NCBI GenBank assembly: GCA_024762335.1
Contig: JANTHO010000007.1
Location: forward strand, 383-64,382
Direction of reading: 5' to 3'
DNA: 64,000 nucleotides
Source of the DNA: Acidimicrobiia bacterium
Lineage (GTDB): Bacteria > Actinomycetota > Acidimicrobiia > Spongiisociales > UBA5794
Shown: piece by piece, positions 18,997 through 28,087 of the stretch
How the letters are laid out: every line of letters starts with the position of its first letter
Numbering within the stretch: the first letter of the stretch is position 1
Notes under the pieces: model-generated
What the model was told of the DNA's origin: nothing
Databases searched by the model: none
What the model saw: only the letters and a program-made list of their open reading frames with translations
Program-made: the position numbers and the translations under genes

Positions 18997-19140
18997 ATGG
19001 AACGGTTGCGAAATTCCGCGCTCCCCATCGGACTTGGCATGGGTGTCATATTCGTCGTCGCCGGCTTTACGACCGGCAACGCCGGACTGGTCGGCCTCGG
19101 AGTGGTTGTCGGACTCGTCGGCTACTTCTCGAGACCCTGA
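18997..19140 (+). CDS. Possible 47-aa small membrane protein (below the ORF-track length cutoff)
   Basis: Manual translation gives MERLRNSALPIGLGMGVIFVVAGFTTGNAGLVGLGVVVGLVGYFSRP. It is Gly-rich and hydrophobic with fairly GC-rich third positions. No clear SD. Confidence 0.3.
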   Translation: MERLRNSALPIGLGMGVIFVVAGFTTGNAGLVGLGVVVGLVGYFSRP

Positions 19141-19415
19141 ATCAACGAATTCGGCCGTTCGAGAGACCGGCTCATTCGGCAAGGCGATCGCCTGAGCCCT
19201 CCGAGCGTGGCCGGCACTCCCCTCACCGAAGCTGACCCGCGGCACCGCTACACACCGACCATCGCCGCCAAACGGCGCCACCGGGGCGTCGGCAACCCGG
19301 CATCGCTCTGTCGGTCTTGATCGCTGTAGTCACGTGGTTGTCCGCAATCTCGACGCGCTCCCGCCGTGCGTGCCAGCAGCGGATCACCCAGCCGGTCAAG
19401 CGGAACCGGCTCGGC

Positions 19416-20291
19416 CTACTCGGTGCCGGCGAGGAGTCCCCTTACGAAGAAGCGCTGGAGACCGAAGAACACCGCGATCGCGACCGATGAATGGATGAAG
19501 ACCATGGCCATCGGGACCGGGCCATCGGTGAGACTCCCGATCGACGAGAACCGGACCGTGGCGGGGTATGCCGACCCGTTGGACCCGATGATCGTGAGCG
19601 CGACCACATAGTCATTCCACGAGTACAGGAACAGCAACACACCGAGGGCTGCAAGCGATGGGACGATGAGCGGGATGACGACGTGCCGAAAGATCTGGGG
19701 GTGAGATGCGCCGTCGATGTGAGCCGAGTCGACCAGCGACCGCGGTACGCGAGCGGTAGCGAACACCAGAAGAAAGATCGCGAACGGGAGCTGTGATCCA
19801 ATGTGGATGATCCAAACGCCCGGAATCGATCCCGCGAGGCCGAAGACCGGTACCAACGTCGCGGTCTTGTCGATCAGCGGGATGGTGAGGTGGACTCCGG
19901 TTGAGAATGCGAGGAGAAGCGGTATCAGGGCGGCGTAGATCGGGACGGCGATCAGCGCAACGATCCCGGAGAACAGAACGCCGGTGCCGCGGAACGGAAT
20001 CCAGACGATCGCGTACGCGGCTGCTGACGCCAGCAACAGCGGGATCAACGTCGACGGGATCGCTATGGCGAACGAGTTCACCATGCTCTCCACGAACGAA
20101 TTGTTGGGCGACGCCGTGAGCGCGATCCGGTATGCCTCGAGCGACCAGGTCGACGGATCGAGCAGGTCTTGCCACCAACCCGCCCATCGCCCAAACGCCC
20201 ACGGCCGGACCGACGAGATGAACCCCGCCACCGTCGGCAGTAGCCACAACGCGGCGATCAGGATCAGCACCCACATAGGGACGTGACGCAT
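19416..20291 (-). CDS. Carbohydrate ABC transporter permease (MalG/type-1 fold), orphan
   Basis: Internal ATG at 20291 gives MRHVPMWVLILIAALWLLP.... The EAA-loop-like segment is LVDSAHIDGASHPQIFRHVVIPL. Length 291 aa. No partner permease, binding protein or ATPase is nearby. Confidence 0.85.
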   Translation of the reverse strand: MRHVPMWVLILIAALWLLPTVAGFISSVRPWAFGRWAGWWQDLLDPSTWSLEAYRIALTASPNNSFVESMVNSFAIAIPSTLIPLLLASAAAYAIVWIPFRGTGVLFSGIVALIAVPIYAALIPLLLAFSTGVHLTIPLIDKTATLVPVFGLAGSIPGVWIIHIGSQLPFAIFLLVFATARVPRSLVDSAHIDGASHPQIFRHVVIPLIVPSLAALGVLLFLYSWNDYVVALTIIGSNGSAYPATVRFSSIGSLTDGPVPMAMVFIHSSVAIAVFFGLQRFFVRGLLAGTE

Positions 20292-20803
20292 GATCCGACC
20301 GACGACCGGACCCAGACCACCAAACCCGTCGGTAGCGTCCACCTGCCTCACCATCGATCCAGATACACAGCGAGGACACCCTACCCAAACCAGCCACGTC
20401 GCATGCCGAACGACACGAACCGCGAGGTCATCCGTCCATGTCTCGCTGGGGGGGGGCGAGCTGATTCGGACGTTCGGACCGCCCACAGGTGCCGATGGCA
20501 TGAGCATGCGGACCGAGTCTCCGCTCCGAAGAACCAACTCCGGTAGACGCAGAGTCATCCCCGCGCGGGTCGCCATTGACCGACTACCCTCGACTGCACC
20601 TTGACCCAGGACAACTCCGAAAGCCCCGAATACACCGTGGCGTTCACGCCGACCCAACTCGGGGTCGCACTGGCGCTCACGATCGCCGCGATCGTGTGTC
20701 TCCTCGTACGGCGGAAACGGAACCGCTGAACACGCCTCCGAATGTTCGGTCCGTTCGATGAACGCGCTGCGCTGGTAAGCCTGGCCGTCGATATGGTGCT
20801 GGT

Positions 20804-21121
20804 ATGCGTTCGCTGATCGTGCTCCTGCTCGCAGTCGGATTCCTCGCGGCGTGGGCGATGCTCACGGTCCCCACCGATCACGGTCACGCCGCCCTGGCAC
20901 TGCAGGTCGGTGACCGCCGAGCCGAGTGTCTGATCGACCAGGTCGCCGGCAACTGGCCCAGACGCGTCATCGGTCCGTGGGCGGTGGAGGAAAGCACCGG
21001 AGGCCCGTACCGGGTGTTCGGCGCATTCGGCCAGTCGTGGGAGTTCTGGAGATCGGAAGGCACGCTGTCGACAACCGGGTTGAGGGGCACAAATGATTTC
21101 GGAACATCGCCCTGCGACTGA
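20804..21121 (+). CDS. Hypothetical small secreted or membrane protein
   Basis: 105 aa with a signal-like N-terminus (MRSLIVLLLAVGFLAAWAML). No recognisable domain. Confidence 0.35.
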   Translation: MRSLIVLLLAVGFLAAWAMLTVPTDHGHAALALQVGDRRAECLIDQVAGNWPRRVIGPWAVEESTGGPYRVFGAFGQSWEFWRSEGTLSTTGLRGTNDFGTSPCD

Positions 21122-21176
21122 GCAGCAGCCGACTTTGTACGCGAATTCTCGGGGTCGGCCGCAGGACGCGCCGTCT

Positions 21177-22307
21177 CTACTCGAGGACGAAGATGTTCCG
21201 TTCGGCGCAGATGTCTTTGAGGATCTGCGGCCAGACCGTCACAGACACCTCCCCCAGATGGGCCTTGCGCAGTAGATACATGTAGGTGCGCGACTGGCCG
21301 ATGCCGCCGCCGATCGACAGAGGGATCTCGTCGTTGAGGATCGCCTGGTGATAGGGCAGTTCGAGGAAATCCAGCTGGCCGGTCAGCTCAAGCTGTTGCC
21401 GAAGGGTTTCCCTCGTGACACGCACGCCCATCGAGGTGAGTTCGTGGCGACGTCTCGTCACAGGGTTCCAGACGAGGATGTCGCCGTTCAGCCCGTGCAT
21501 CGGCCGGCCATCCGCCGACACGGTCTCGGTGACCCAGTCGTCGTAGTCGGCGGCTCGCATCTCGTGCGGGTATCCGTCCTCGAGCGTCCAGCCGATCCCG
21601 TAGATGAAGACCGCCGGATGCTCCTGGAGAATCGCCGTCTCCCGCTGCTTGCGCGGCAGGTCTGGGTATCGGGCCAAGAGATCCTCCGCATGGATGAAGA
21701 ACAACTCCTCGGGGATCTCCGGGTAACGCGGATCGTAGAGCTGTGGGAACAGCTCGAGGGCATGCCTGGATGCTCCGTGGAGCACCTTCCAGATACGCCG
21801 CACGGTGTCGGTGAGGTAACCGAGCGTCCGGTTCTCCGCCGTGATGACCTTCTCCCAGTCCCACTGGTCGACGTACGCCGAGTGGTCGTGGTCGAGGAAG
21901 TAGTCCTTACGGACCGCCTTCATGTCGGTGCAGATCCCCTCCCCCGGCCGCATGCCGAACTGGGCGAGCGCCACCCTCTTCCACTTCGTAGCGGCTTGAA
22001 CGACCTGGGCGTCGATCGGATGTTCGTCGTGGTCGTTGCTGATGTGGAACTCGACGGGGCCGCGTGAGCCGTCCCGGTCCAGGTAGTCGTTGACGCCGCT
22101 CTCCGCATCCACGATGAGCGGAACCTGAACCATCATCAGCCCGAGTTCTCTGCAGAGATGCTCCTCGATGTACGCCTTGACCGCGTAGAGGGCCTCCATG
22201 GTCTCTCGATGGCTCAGGGCCGAGGTGTAGTCGGTCGGAAGGATCTTGGCGACATCGTCGTAATTTCCGATACCCGGTCCGGCGAGGTCGGCGGTCTTGT
22301 CTCCCAT
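21177..22307 (-). CDS. asnA: Aspartate-ammonia ligase (asparagine synthetase A)
   Basis: There is strong colinear similarity to E. coli AsnA as I recall it: KWKR, YVDQWDWEKV, NGDILVWNP, SMGVRV, IGGGIGQSR. Confidence 0.92.
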   Translation of the reverse strand: MGDKTADLAGPGIGNYDDVAKILPTDYTSALSHRETMEALYAVKAYIEEHLCRELGLMMVQVPLIVDAESGVNDYLDRDGSRGPVEFHISNDHDEHPIDAQVVQAATKWKRVALAQFGMRPGEGICTDMKAVRKDYFLDHDHSAYVDQWDWEKVITAENRTLGYLTDTVRRIWKVLHGASRHALELFPQLYDPRYPEIPEELFFIHAEDLLARYPDLPRKQRETAILQEHPAVFIYGIGWTLEDGYPHEMRAADYDDWVTETVSADGRPMHGLNGDILVWNPVTRRRHELTSMGVRVTRETLRQQLELTGQLDFLELPYHQAILNDEIPLSIGGGIGQSRTYMYLLRKAHLGEVSVTVWPQILKDICAERNIFVLE

Positions 22308-22428
22308 GGGGCGCGCCTCCTACGGCGTCAGTTCCAATCCACTCGCACCGTATCCCCGCATGCGGGCCCGGTGTAGGGGCCGGAGTCTCTAGGGGCAAGG
22401 ACTTTCGGCGGTAAACAACCGGCTTTGG

Positions 22429-23511
22429 GTGAACTCTGGGCCGGCGAAACCACCCAGCACCACTCCAGGAGGACATGGCTGCGATTCCCGCCCACGACTC
22501 GGTGGGAGCCGGTACAGTCTCGCCGTGGCCACATTCGAACCCCGTCCCTGGACTCCGCCACCGGCGCCACCATTGACCGGCGCGTATGAGACAAATGACG
22601 AGTTGGCAGCGGCGCAACGATGGCCGACCGGCGGTGATGGCCCCGAAGACATCGTGCTCACCGATGACGCCATCGCGTACACCGGGCTGGTTGATGGGAG
22701 AATCCTCCGATACCCACCTGGTGGCGGCGATGCAAGTCTGGTCGCCAACACGGGCGGCCGGCCGCTCGGCATTGAACTCAGCGGCGATGGAACCCTCATT
22801 GTCTGCGACGCCGATCTCGGGTTGATGCGTGTCACACCCTCGGGGGAGGTCTCGACGCTGGTGGACTCCTTTGACGGCGAGAAGTTCGTTTTCACGAACA
22901 ACGCAGCGATCTCGTCGGACGGAACCATCTACTTCACCGTCACCTCGACCCGCTACTCCCTCCATGTCTATGTCGACGACCTCCTCGAGCATTCGGGTAC
23001 CGGCCGGCTCTTCGCCTACCGTCCCGACGGAACGGTCGATCGGCTCCTCGACGGCTTGCAGTTCGCCAACGGCGTTGCCCTCGACTCGAACGAGGATTCG
23101 ATCTTCGTGGTCGAGACCGGCTCGTATCGCGTCATCCGCCATTGGATCCGTGGTGACAAGTTGGGGACGACCGATGTGTTCGTCGACAATCTGCCGGGCT
23201 TCCCCGACAACGCCTCATTCGACAACGGCATCCTGTGGGTGGGTGCGCCGTCGCCTCGCCAGCCGCTCGTCGACAAGATGATGCCCAGTCCCTGGCTGCG
23301 GAAGCTCGTCTACCGGCTCCCCGAGTCGATGAAGCCGAAGCCGGTGCGGCACGGGATGCTCTTCGGCTTCGACGAATCCGGCACCGTGCGGTACAACCTC
23401 CAGGATTCCACCGGTTCGGTCGCGATCACCACCGGTGCCCGGTGGCACGACGGCCGCCTCTACATCAGCGCGCTGCAAGGGTCGGACGTCTTCGTCTACG
23501 ACCTCGACTGA
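22429..23511 (+). CDS. Strictosidine synthase-like / SMP-30-gluconolactonase-LRE family beta-propeller protein
   Basis: Motifs include GPEDIVL, GRPLGIEL, NGVALD and VVETGSYRV. The first roughly 32 codons look non-coding. A GTG at 22525 (VATFEPRPW) is a plausible true start. Confidence 0.8.
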   Translation: MNSGPAKPPSTTPGGHGCDSRPRLGGSRYSLAVATFEPRPWTPPPAPPLTGAYETNDELAAAQRWPTGGDGPEDIVLTDDAIAYTGLVDGRILRYPPGGGDASLVANTGGRPLGIELSGDGTLIVCDADLGLMRVTPSGEVSTLVDSFDGEKFVFTNNAAISSDGTIYFTVTSTRYSLHVYVDDLLEHSGTGRLFAYRPDGTVDRLLDGLQFANGVALDSNEDSIFVVETGSYRVIRHWIRGDKLGTTDVFVDNLPGFPDNASFDNGILWVGAPSPRQPLVDKMMPSPWLRKLVYRLPESMKPKPVRHGMLFGFDESGTVRYNLQDSTGSVAITTGARWHDGRLYISALQGSDVFVYDLD

Positions 23512-23632
23512 CGTCACGAACCCAGGGTTCGTGACCCTATATATGCGGTCCCGGGCCCGCGGTATGGGGGACCCTTCTGAACCGCGGGCTCGGGACGCCA
23601 AATAGGGCGCAGAGAACCCTGGGTTCGTGTCG
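23512..23632. repeat. 121-bp inverted pair of family A repeat units (long imperfect hairpin, MITE/REP-like) filling a convergent intergenic space
   Basis: It starts 1 nt after the TGA at 23509..23511 and ends 2 nt before the TAA of the minus-strand GNAT gene. The left end holds a perfect 11-1-11 palindrome, GTCACGAACCCAGGGTTCGTGAC (23513..23535). The right arm is almost identical to the right arm of 49656..49776. Confidence 0.9.
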
Positions 23633-23634
23633 GG

Positions 23635-24540
23635 TTAGAGGGGTTTGGCGTAGGCGTCGAGGAGGTGCCACGGTTCGAAGCCGACACTGCGGTACAGCCT
23701 GCGCGACGCCTCGTTCGTCCCCTCATTCACGACCGTCGCATACTCCATGCCGGCCGCCGCCATCTCCCTCATGGCATGGAGGAGCAGTGCCCGGCCGAGT
23801 CCAAGCCTGCGAAATTCCTCATGGGTCCCGACCGGCTCGAAGAGTCCCATCCGGCTGATGTCGTCGTGCCACGTGACGGTGAACGCGGCGAGCGCGCCGT
23901 CCGGAGCCTCGACGACGAACTCCCGGTCCTGCGAGTATCCGGGCGACTCCATCACCGTGAGATACAGATCGGCCGTCCACGTCGATCCGAACGCCGACGC
24001 GTGCACCTCGCTCACCGGACCCGCTTCATCGATGCCGCGCACCGTCCGGACCGTGTACCCGACCGGCGGCTGCGGCTCGGGGGTCGAGCCGAGGCGGATG
24101 CGGTTGAGCACCCAGGGCGCCTCGTCGGTCCGTTCCCATCCAAGTTCGCTCAGGCACGCCGCACGCAACCGGTCACACCGGTAGGCCTCGCCGTCGAGGG
24201 CATCCTTCTCAACGCCGTGTCTTTCCATCAGATCGACGATCTCACTCTCGGCGTATTCGAGCACCTCCGTTTCGAACGCCTGCGTACGGAGATCCGGTCG
24301 CACCTGGGCGTCGTACCCGGCGTGCCGGGGCGACGCTAAGACCCATGCGGCGACCCCGTCCGCGTCCTCCCAGATCGTGAGGACTTCGGCAGGGTCGAAG
24401 AGCTTGTTGCCGTTGAAGAGCCGATGAGCGATGTCGCCGGGGTGGACGAACCCGCATCCGTCCGTTGCCAGGATGGCTTGCGCATTGAATGCCTGAAGCA
24501 AGTCGAGATCGACCGGGCCTTCATAGCGGCGTCGGATCAT
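23635..24540 (-). CDS. GNAT family N-acetyltransferase (two-lobed, MshD-like architecture)
   Basis: Internal ATG at 24540 gives MIRRRYEGPVDL.... The acetyl-CoA motif region is EEFRRLGLGRALLLHAM. Length 301 aa. Its start overlaps the upstream HAD stop (ATGA). Confidence 0.8.
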   Translation of the reverse strand: MIRRRYEGPVDLDLLQAFNAQAILATDGCGFVHPGDIAHRLFNGNKLFDPAEVLTIWEDADGVAAWVLASPRHAGYDAQVRPDLRTQAFETEVLEYAESEIVDLMERHGVEKDALDGEAYRCDRLRAACLSELGWERTDEAPWVLNRIRLGSTPEPQPPVGYTVRTVRGIDEAGPVSEVHASAFGSTWTADLYLTVMESPGYSQDREFVVEAPDGALAAFTVTWHDDISRMGLFEPVGTHEEFRRLGLGRALLLHAMREMAAAGMEYATVVNEGTNEASRRLYRSVGFEPWHLLDAYAKPL

Positions 24541-25184
24541 GAGCCGATGGACGCTGCGAGGTCGACCGCCTCGGTGAGCGTGACAGCAACCGGAACACCC
24601 GTTCTCGCCAGCACATCGGGGTGGTGGGAGCCGCCGTCGTAGAGCACGCACCTCGCCCCGAGTTCCCTCGCCGCCGCTTCGTCGTCGAGCGAATCGCCGA
24701 TCAGGACGGCGGCGGATGCAGCGACCCCGAGTGTGGCGAGATGTCGGCGCAGATGCGCTGCCTTCGTGCCGCCCCCGTCGTTCCGGTTGCCCTGGACGAG
24801 GACCATCCGGTCGTCGAGACCACGTCGGGCGACGCAGGCTGTGAGTTCCTCTTCCCACCACATCGAGAGGATCGATTGGCTCCACCCGAAGGCGTCGACG
24901 GCATCGAGCGCCTCCGCCGCGCCATCGGCCAGCGGGACCCGGTCGAGGGAGTCGGCATACCGCTCATGGAACGTCCGGTCGAGCGTCGTCCACTCCCCGT
25001 CGCTGATGGGACGCCCGAGGAGACTCTCGTAGAAACGATGCACGGGCCTGGCGAAGTGATTCCGATAGTCGTCGCCATCGATGGGGCTCTCGCCGATCTC
25101 GCTCAGAGCGGCATTCACACATTCGACGACGATCGGAAGGTCGTCGACGAGCGTGCCGTTCCAGTCCCAAATCACATGCAACAC
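24537..25184 (-). CDS. HAD-superfamily hydrolase-like protein with a DxN variant of motif I
   Basis: MLHVIWDWNGTLVDD has Asp then Asn where DxD is canonical. Motif IV is LIGDSLDD. Length 215 aa. Confidence 0.8.
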   Translation of the reverse strand: MLHVIWDWNGTLVDDLPIVVECVNAALSEIGESPIDGDDYRNHFARPVHRFYESLLGRPISDGEWTTLDRTFHERYADSLDRVPLADGAAEALDAVDAFGWSQSILSMWWEEELTACVARRGLDDRMVLVQGNRNDGGGTKAAHLRRHLATLGVAASAAVLIGDSLDDEAAARELGARCVLYDGGSHHPDVLARTGVPVAVTLTEAVDLAASIGS

Positions 25185-25207
25185 AGCATGTCAGGTTAGG
25201 TTGCACC

Positions 25208-26275
25208 GTGATGCGATCGTACGACATGGGAAACGACGCCCTCGACGGGGCAATCGACGAACTCCTCCGCCTGGCCGCGCCCGCCCACGCCTCGAACAGC
25301 GACCTCGTTCGCGAGATGGTGGTCACCTCGCTCAAGATGCTGCGCGACGGCACCGACCGTGGAGATCTGAAGCTCCTCAACTCAGCGTTGAAGGAGATGC
25401 GCTACTCGTTCCTCGTATTCCGCGGCTACCGCGACGTGCGAAAAGTGACCATGTACGGATCGGCCAGAGTCGAACCACACAATCCGAACTACGAGATGGC
25501 AGCGGAATTCGCCAGACGCATGGTCGATCATCATCGATGCATGGTCGTGACCGGAGCGGGTCCGGGAATCATGGAAGCGGGAAACCGGGGCGCAGGCAGC
25601 GACTACTCGTTCGGCGTGAACATCCGCCTTCCCTTCGAAGACGGGGCGAATCCGTATGTGCATGAGAGCCGTCTCATCAACTACAAGTACTTCTTCACCC
25701 GCAAGCTCACGTTCGTGAAGGAGTCGGATGCATTCGTTCTGTTCCCCGGAGGGTTCGGGACGCTCGACGAGTCGTTCGAACTCCTTACGCTCATGCAGAC
25801 GGGCAAGTCCGACCTCCATCCGGTCGTCATGCTCGAGGCACCGGGTACCGGCTACTGGGGGTCGTGGGAACGCTTCGTCAACACGCTCGTCGGAAACGGA
25901 ATGATCTCCGCAGACGACCTCAACCTGTTCACCGTCACGACCGACCTCGATGAGGCGATCGACGAGATTCAAAGCTTCTACGCCGTCTATCACTCGCAGC
26001 GCTACGTCTCGGGCGATCTCGTCCTCCGGTTGACGAAGGAACCGACCGACGCGGAAGTTGCCGAACTGAACGAGAAGTTCTCGGACATCGTCCGTACGGG
26101 ACGGATCGAGAAGACCGGTGCGTCCTCCGCCGAGATCGCCACCGACGACTTCGTCGACCTTCCCCGACTCCGTTTCCGATTCGACCGCCGACAGTTCGGT
26201 CGCCTCCGCTGCTTGATCGATCACCTCAACGGGAGCGATCGATGCAGGCCGCGTGAACCGAAGGAACACGGGTAG
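25208..26275 (+). CDS. LOG family protein, long form (PpnN-like nucleotide 5'-monophosphate nucleosidase)
   Basis: Motifs are TGAGPGIMEAGNRGA and PGGFGTLDE. Length 355 aa. Confidence 0.85.
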   Translation: MMRSYDMGNDALDGAIDELLRLAAPAHASNSDLVREMVVTSLKMLRDGTDRGDLKLLNSALKEMRYSFLVFRGYRDVRKVTMYGSARVEPHNPNYEMAAEFARRMVDHHRCMVVTGAGPGIMEAGNRGAGSDYSFGVNIRLPFEDGANPYVHESRLINYKYFFTRKLTFVKESDAFVLFPGGFGTLDESFELLTLMQTGKSDLHPVVMLEAPGTGYWGSWERFVNTLVGNGMISADDLNLFTVTTDLDEAIDEIQSFYAVYHSQRYVSGDLVLRLTKEPTDAEVAELNEKFSDIVRTGRIEKTGASSAEIATDDFVDLPRLRFRFDRRQFGRLRCLIDHLNGSDRCRPREPKEHG

Positions 26276-26292
26276 CGGTACAATATCCCGCT

Positions 26293-27075
26293 ATGAGGGA
26301 GATCCTTTCAGACCTCGTCGCGGAAGAGCAGCAGTTGGACCAGTTCCTGCAGACCCTCTCCACGCGACAGTGGAAGAAGAAGACACAAACCAACGACTGG
26401 ACGATCCAGGACCAGGTGAGCCATCTGGCGCATATGGAGGGGTTCGCCGCTGAGATCATCTCGCAAGGCCGGCCCCGTCTCGATGCGGAGGACATCACCG
26501 ACATCGATACCTGGCACGCAAAGGGTCCGGAAGAGGGCCGCGGTCAGAGGCACCAGGAAGTCATCGAGTGGTGGCGTCACGGGCGCGCCGACGTGGTCGA
26601 CGCCCTCTCACGCATGCTCGCGACCGATCGCATTCCGTGGATCTACGGCGACATCAGCGCCAAGAGCTTTGCCACGATGCGCCTCATGGAGACCTGGGCG
26701 TACGGTCTCGACATCAAACTCGCAATTCTCGGAAGAATCACACCGCTCCCCCCTGACGAGTTGGAAGAAGACGAGGAAGATCCGCTCGCCGACACGCCGC
26801 GGCTCCGTCACATCGCCTGGCTCGGCCAGAAGAGTTTGCCGTTCGCGTTCGAACAACTCGATGAGCCGTTCCCCAAATCCGGAATCCGGGTCGAGTTGAT
26901 GGGACCCAAGTATGCAGCATGGCGCTTCGGTCCTGAAGACACCGATCAGGTCATCAGGGGAATGGCGGGAGATTGGTGTCGGGTCGTCGTCCGACGCCAG
27001 TCGGCCGAGGACACCGGGTTGAAAGCGGTCGGACCGGCCGCCGAACGTGCACTCGAAATCGTACGGGTCGACTGA
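26293..27075 (+). CDS. Maleylpyruvate isomerase-family (DinB-like, mycothiol-dependent-type, TIGR03084-like) metal-binding protein
   Basis: The N-terminal segment TNDWTIQDQVSHLAH is typical of the MDMPI_N/DinB fold. Length 260 aa. Confidence 0.75.
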   Translation: MREILSDLVAEEQQLDQFLQTLSTRQWKKKTQTNDWTIQDQVSHLAHMEGFAAEIISQGRPRLDAEDITDIDTWHAKGPEEGRGQRHQEVIEWWRHGRADVVDALSRMLATDRIPWIYGDISAKSFATMRLMETWAYGLDIKLAILGRITPLPPDELEEDEEDPLADTPRLRHIAWLGQKSLPFAFEQLDEPFPKSGIRVELMGPKYAAWRFGPEDTDQVIRGMAGDWCRVVVRRQSAEDTGLKAVGPAAERALEIVRVD

Positions 27076-27078
27076 CCC

Positions 27079-27846
27079 GTGACGCTCCCTCGCCTGATCG
27101 GAATGGTCCACCTCGATCCTCTTCCGGGTGCGCCCGGGTACGGAGGTTCGATGTCCGCCGTCATCGAACGGGCCCGTTCGGACGCCCGCCTTCTCGCCGA
27201 TGTCGGATTCGAAGGCATCATGGTCGAGAACTTCGGCGACGCCCCATTCTTCGCTGATGATGCCCCGAAGGTCACGATCGCAGCGATGACGCTCGCGATC
27301 GGAGAGGTATCTTCGGTCGGTCTACCCGTCGGCGTGAACGTTCTCCGCAACGACGCTCTCGGCGCTCTCTCGATCGCAGCGGCCGTCGAGGCGGCGTTCG
27401 TTCGGGTCAATGTTCTGTCCGGCATCATGTACACGGACCAAGGCCCGATCGTCGGACGCGCCGCGGAAGTCGCAAGGGCTCGCAGAGAACTCTCGCCGGC
27501 GACCGCGATCATGGCCGACGTGTTCGTCAAGCATGCAACACCTCCCGCCGGCCTGTCCCTCGTAGACGCGACCAACGATCTCGTGGAGCGCGCCGGGGCG
27601 GACGGCGTGATCGTCTCCGGATCCGGGACCGGAGCCGCAACCAACCTCGAAGACCTCAGAACGGTCGCAGACCGATCGCATCTCCCCGTATTCGTCGGCT
27701 CCGGCGCGACCGCCGACACCATCGGACAGATCCTCACCATCGCCGACGGCGCCATCGTCGGCTCCGACACGAAGATCGACGGCATCGCAACGAACCCGGT
27801 CGATGCCGCACGCGCCGCAGCGGTCGTCCTCGCTGCAAATCGCTGA
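27079..27846 (+). CDS. BtpA/SgcQ family protein
   Basis: GTG start. LIGMVHLDPLPGAPGY, VENFGDAPF, VNVLRND and VSGSGTGAAT are hallmark BtpA segments. Confidence 0.85.
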   Translation: MTLPRLIGMVHLDPLPGAPGYGGSMSAVIERARSDARLLADVGFEGIMVENFGDAPFFADDAPKVTIAAMTLAIGEVSSVGLPVGVNVLRNDALGALSIAAAVEAAFVRVNVLSGIMYTDQGPIVGRAAEVARARRELSPATAIMADVFVKHATPPAGLSLVDATNDLVERAGADGVIVSGSGTGAATNLEDLRTVADRSHLPVFVGSGATADTIGQILTIADGAIVGSDTKIDGIATNPVDAARAAAVVLAANR

Positions 27847-28087
27847 ATCCCGCACCGAACAGTGGTGCCGCCCCTCCGTGAAGGCTCGACGGTTCTTACC
27901 CACCACGGCGTGCGTAAGACGATTTTGTAGTTCTCCCCCACCTCGACTTCAGGTTGAGGGATCACCGGCAAACCCCTACCGTTGAGCGATCACGACAACT
28001 CTCAAGTCCTGCATGAGGGTCGGCGACCGAGCCGATCGGGATAGCAATCCGACCGAGTCGCCACCACTCCCCTACGCTGGCGCTCCC

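Noticed and set aside
20601-20729. A 42-aa frame from TTG encoding ...TQLGVALALTIAAIVCLLVRRKRNR, a TM helix plus basic tail reminiscent of a sorting-signal C-terminus.
   Set aside because: It has no ATG, no SD, and nothing upstream in frame, with a stop at 20577. On its own it is too short to support as a gene or as the remnant of a surface protein.
22308-22524. The roughly 120-215-bp divergent region between asnA and the SGL-family gene was considered as a possible T-box or other leader.
   Set aside because: I could not identify any conserved riboswitch or T-box core motif. It is most simply a divergent promoter region plus a mis-extended ORF start.
27847-28087. The 240-bp spacer upstream of the coiled-coil protein gene contains a partial hairpin (GGCGAC...GTCGCC).
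   Set aside because: The pairing is short and interrupted, and no known motif is recognisable. The evidence is insufficient to call a feature.
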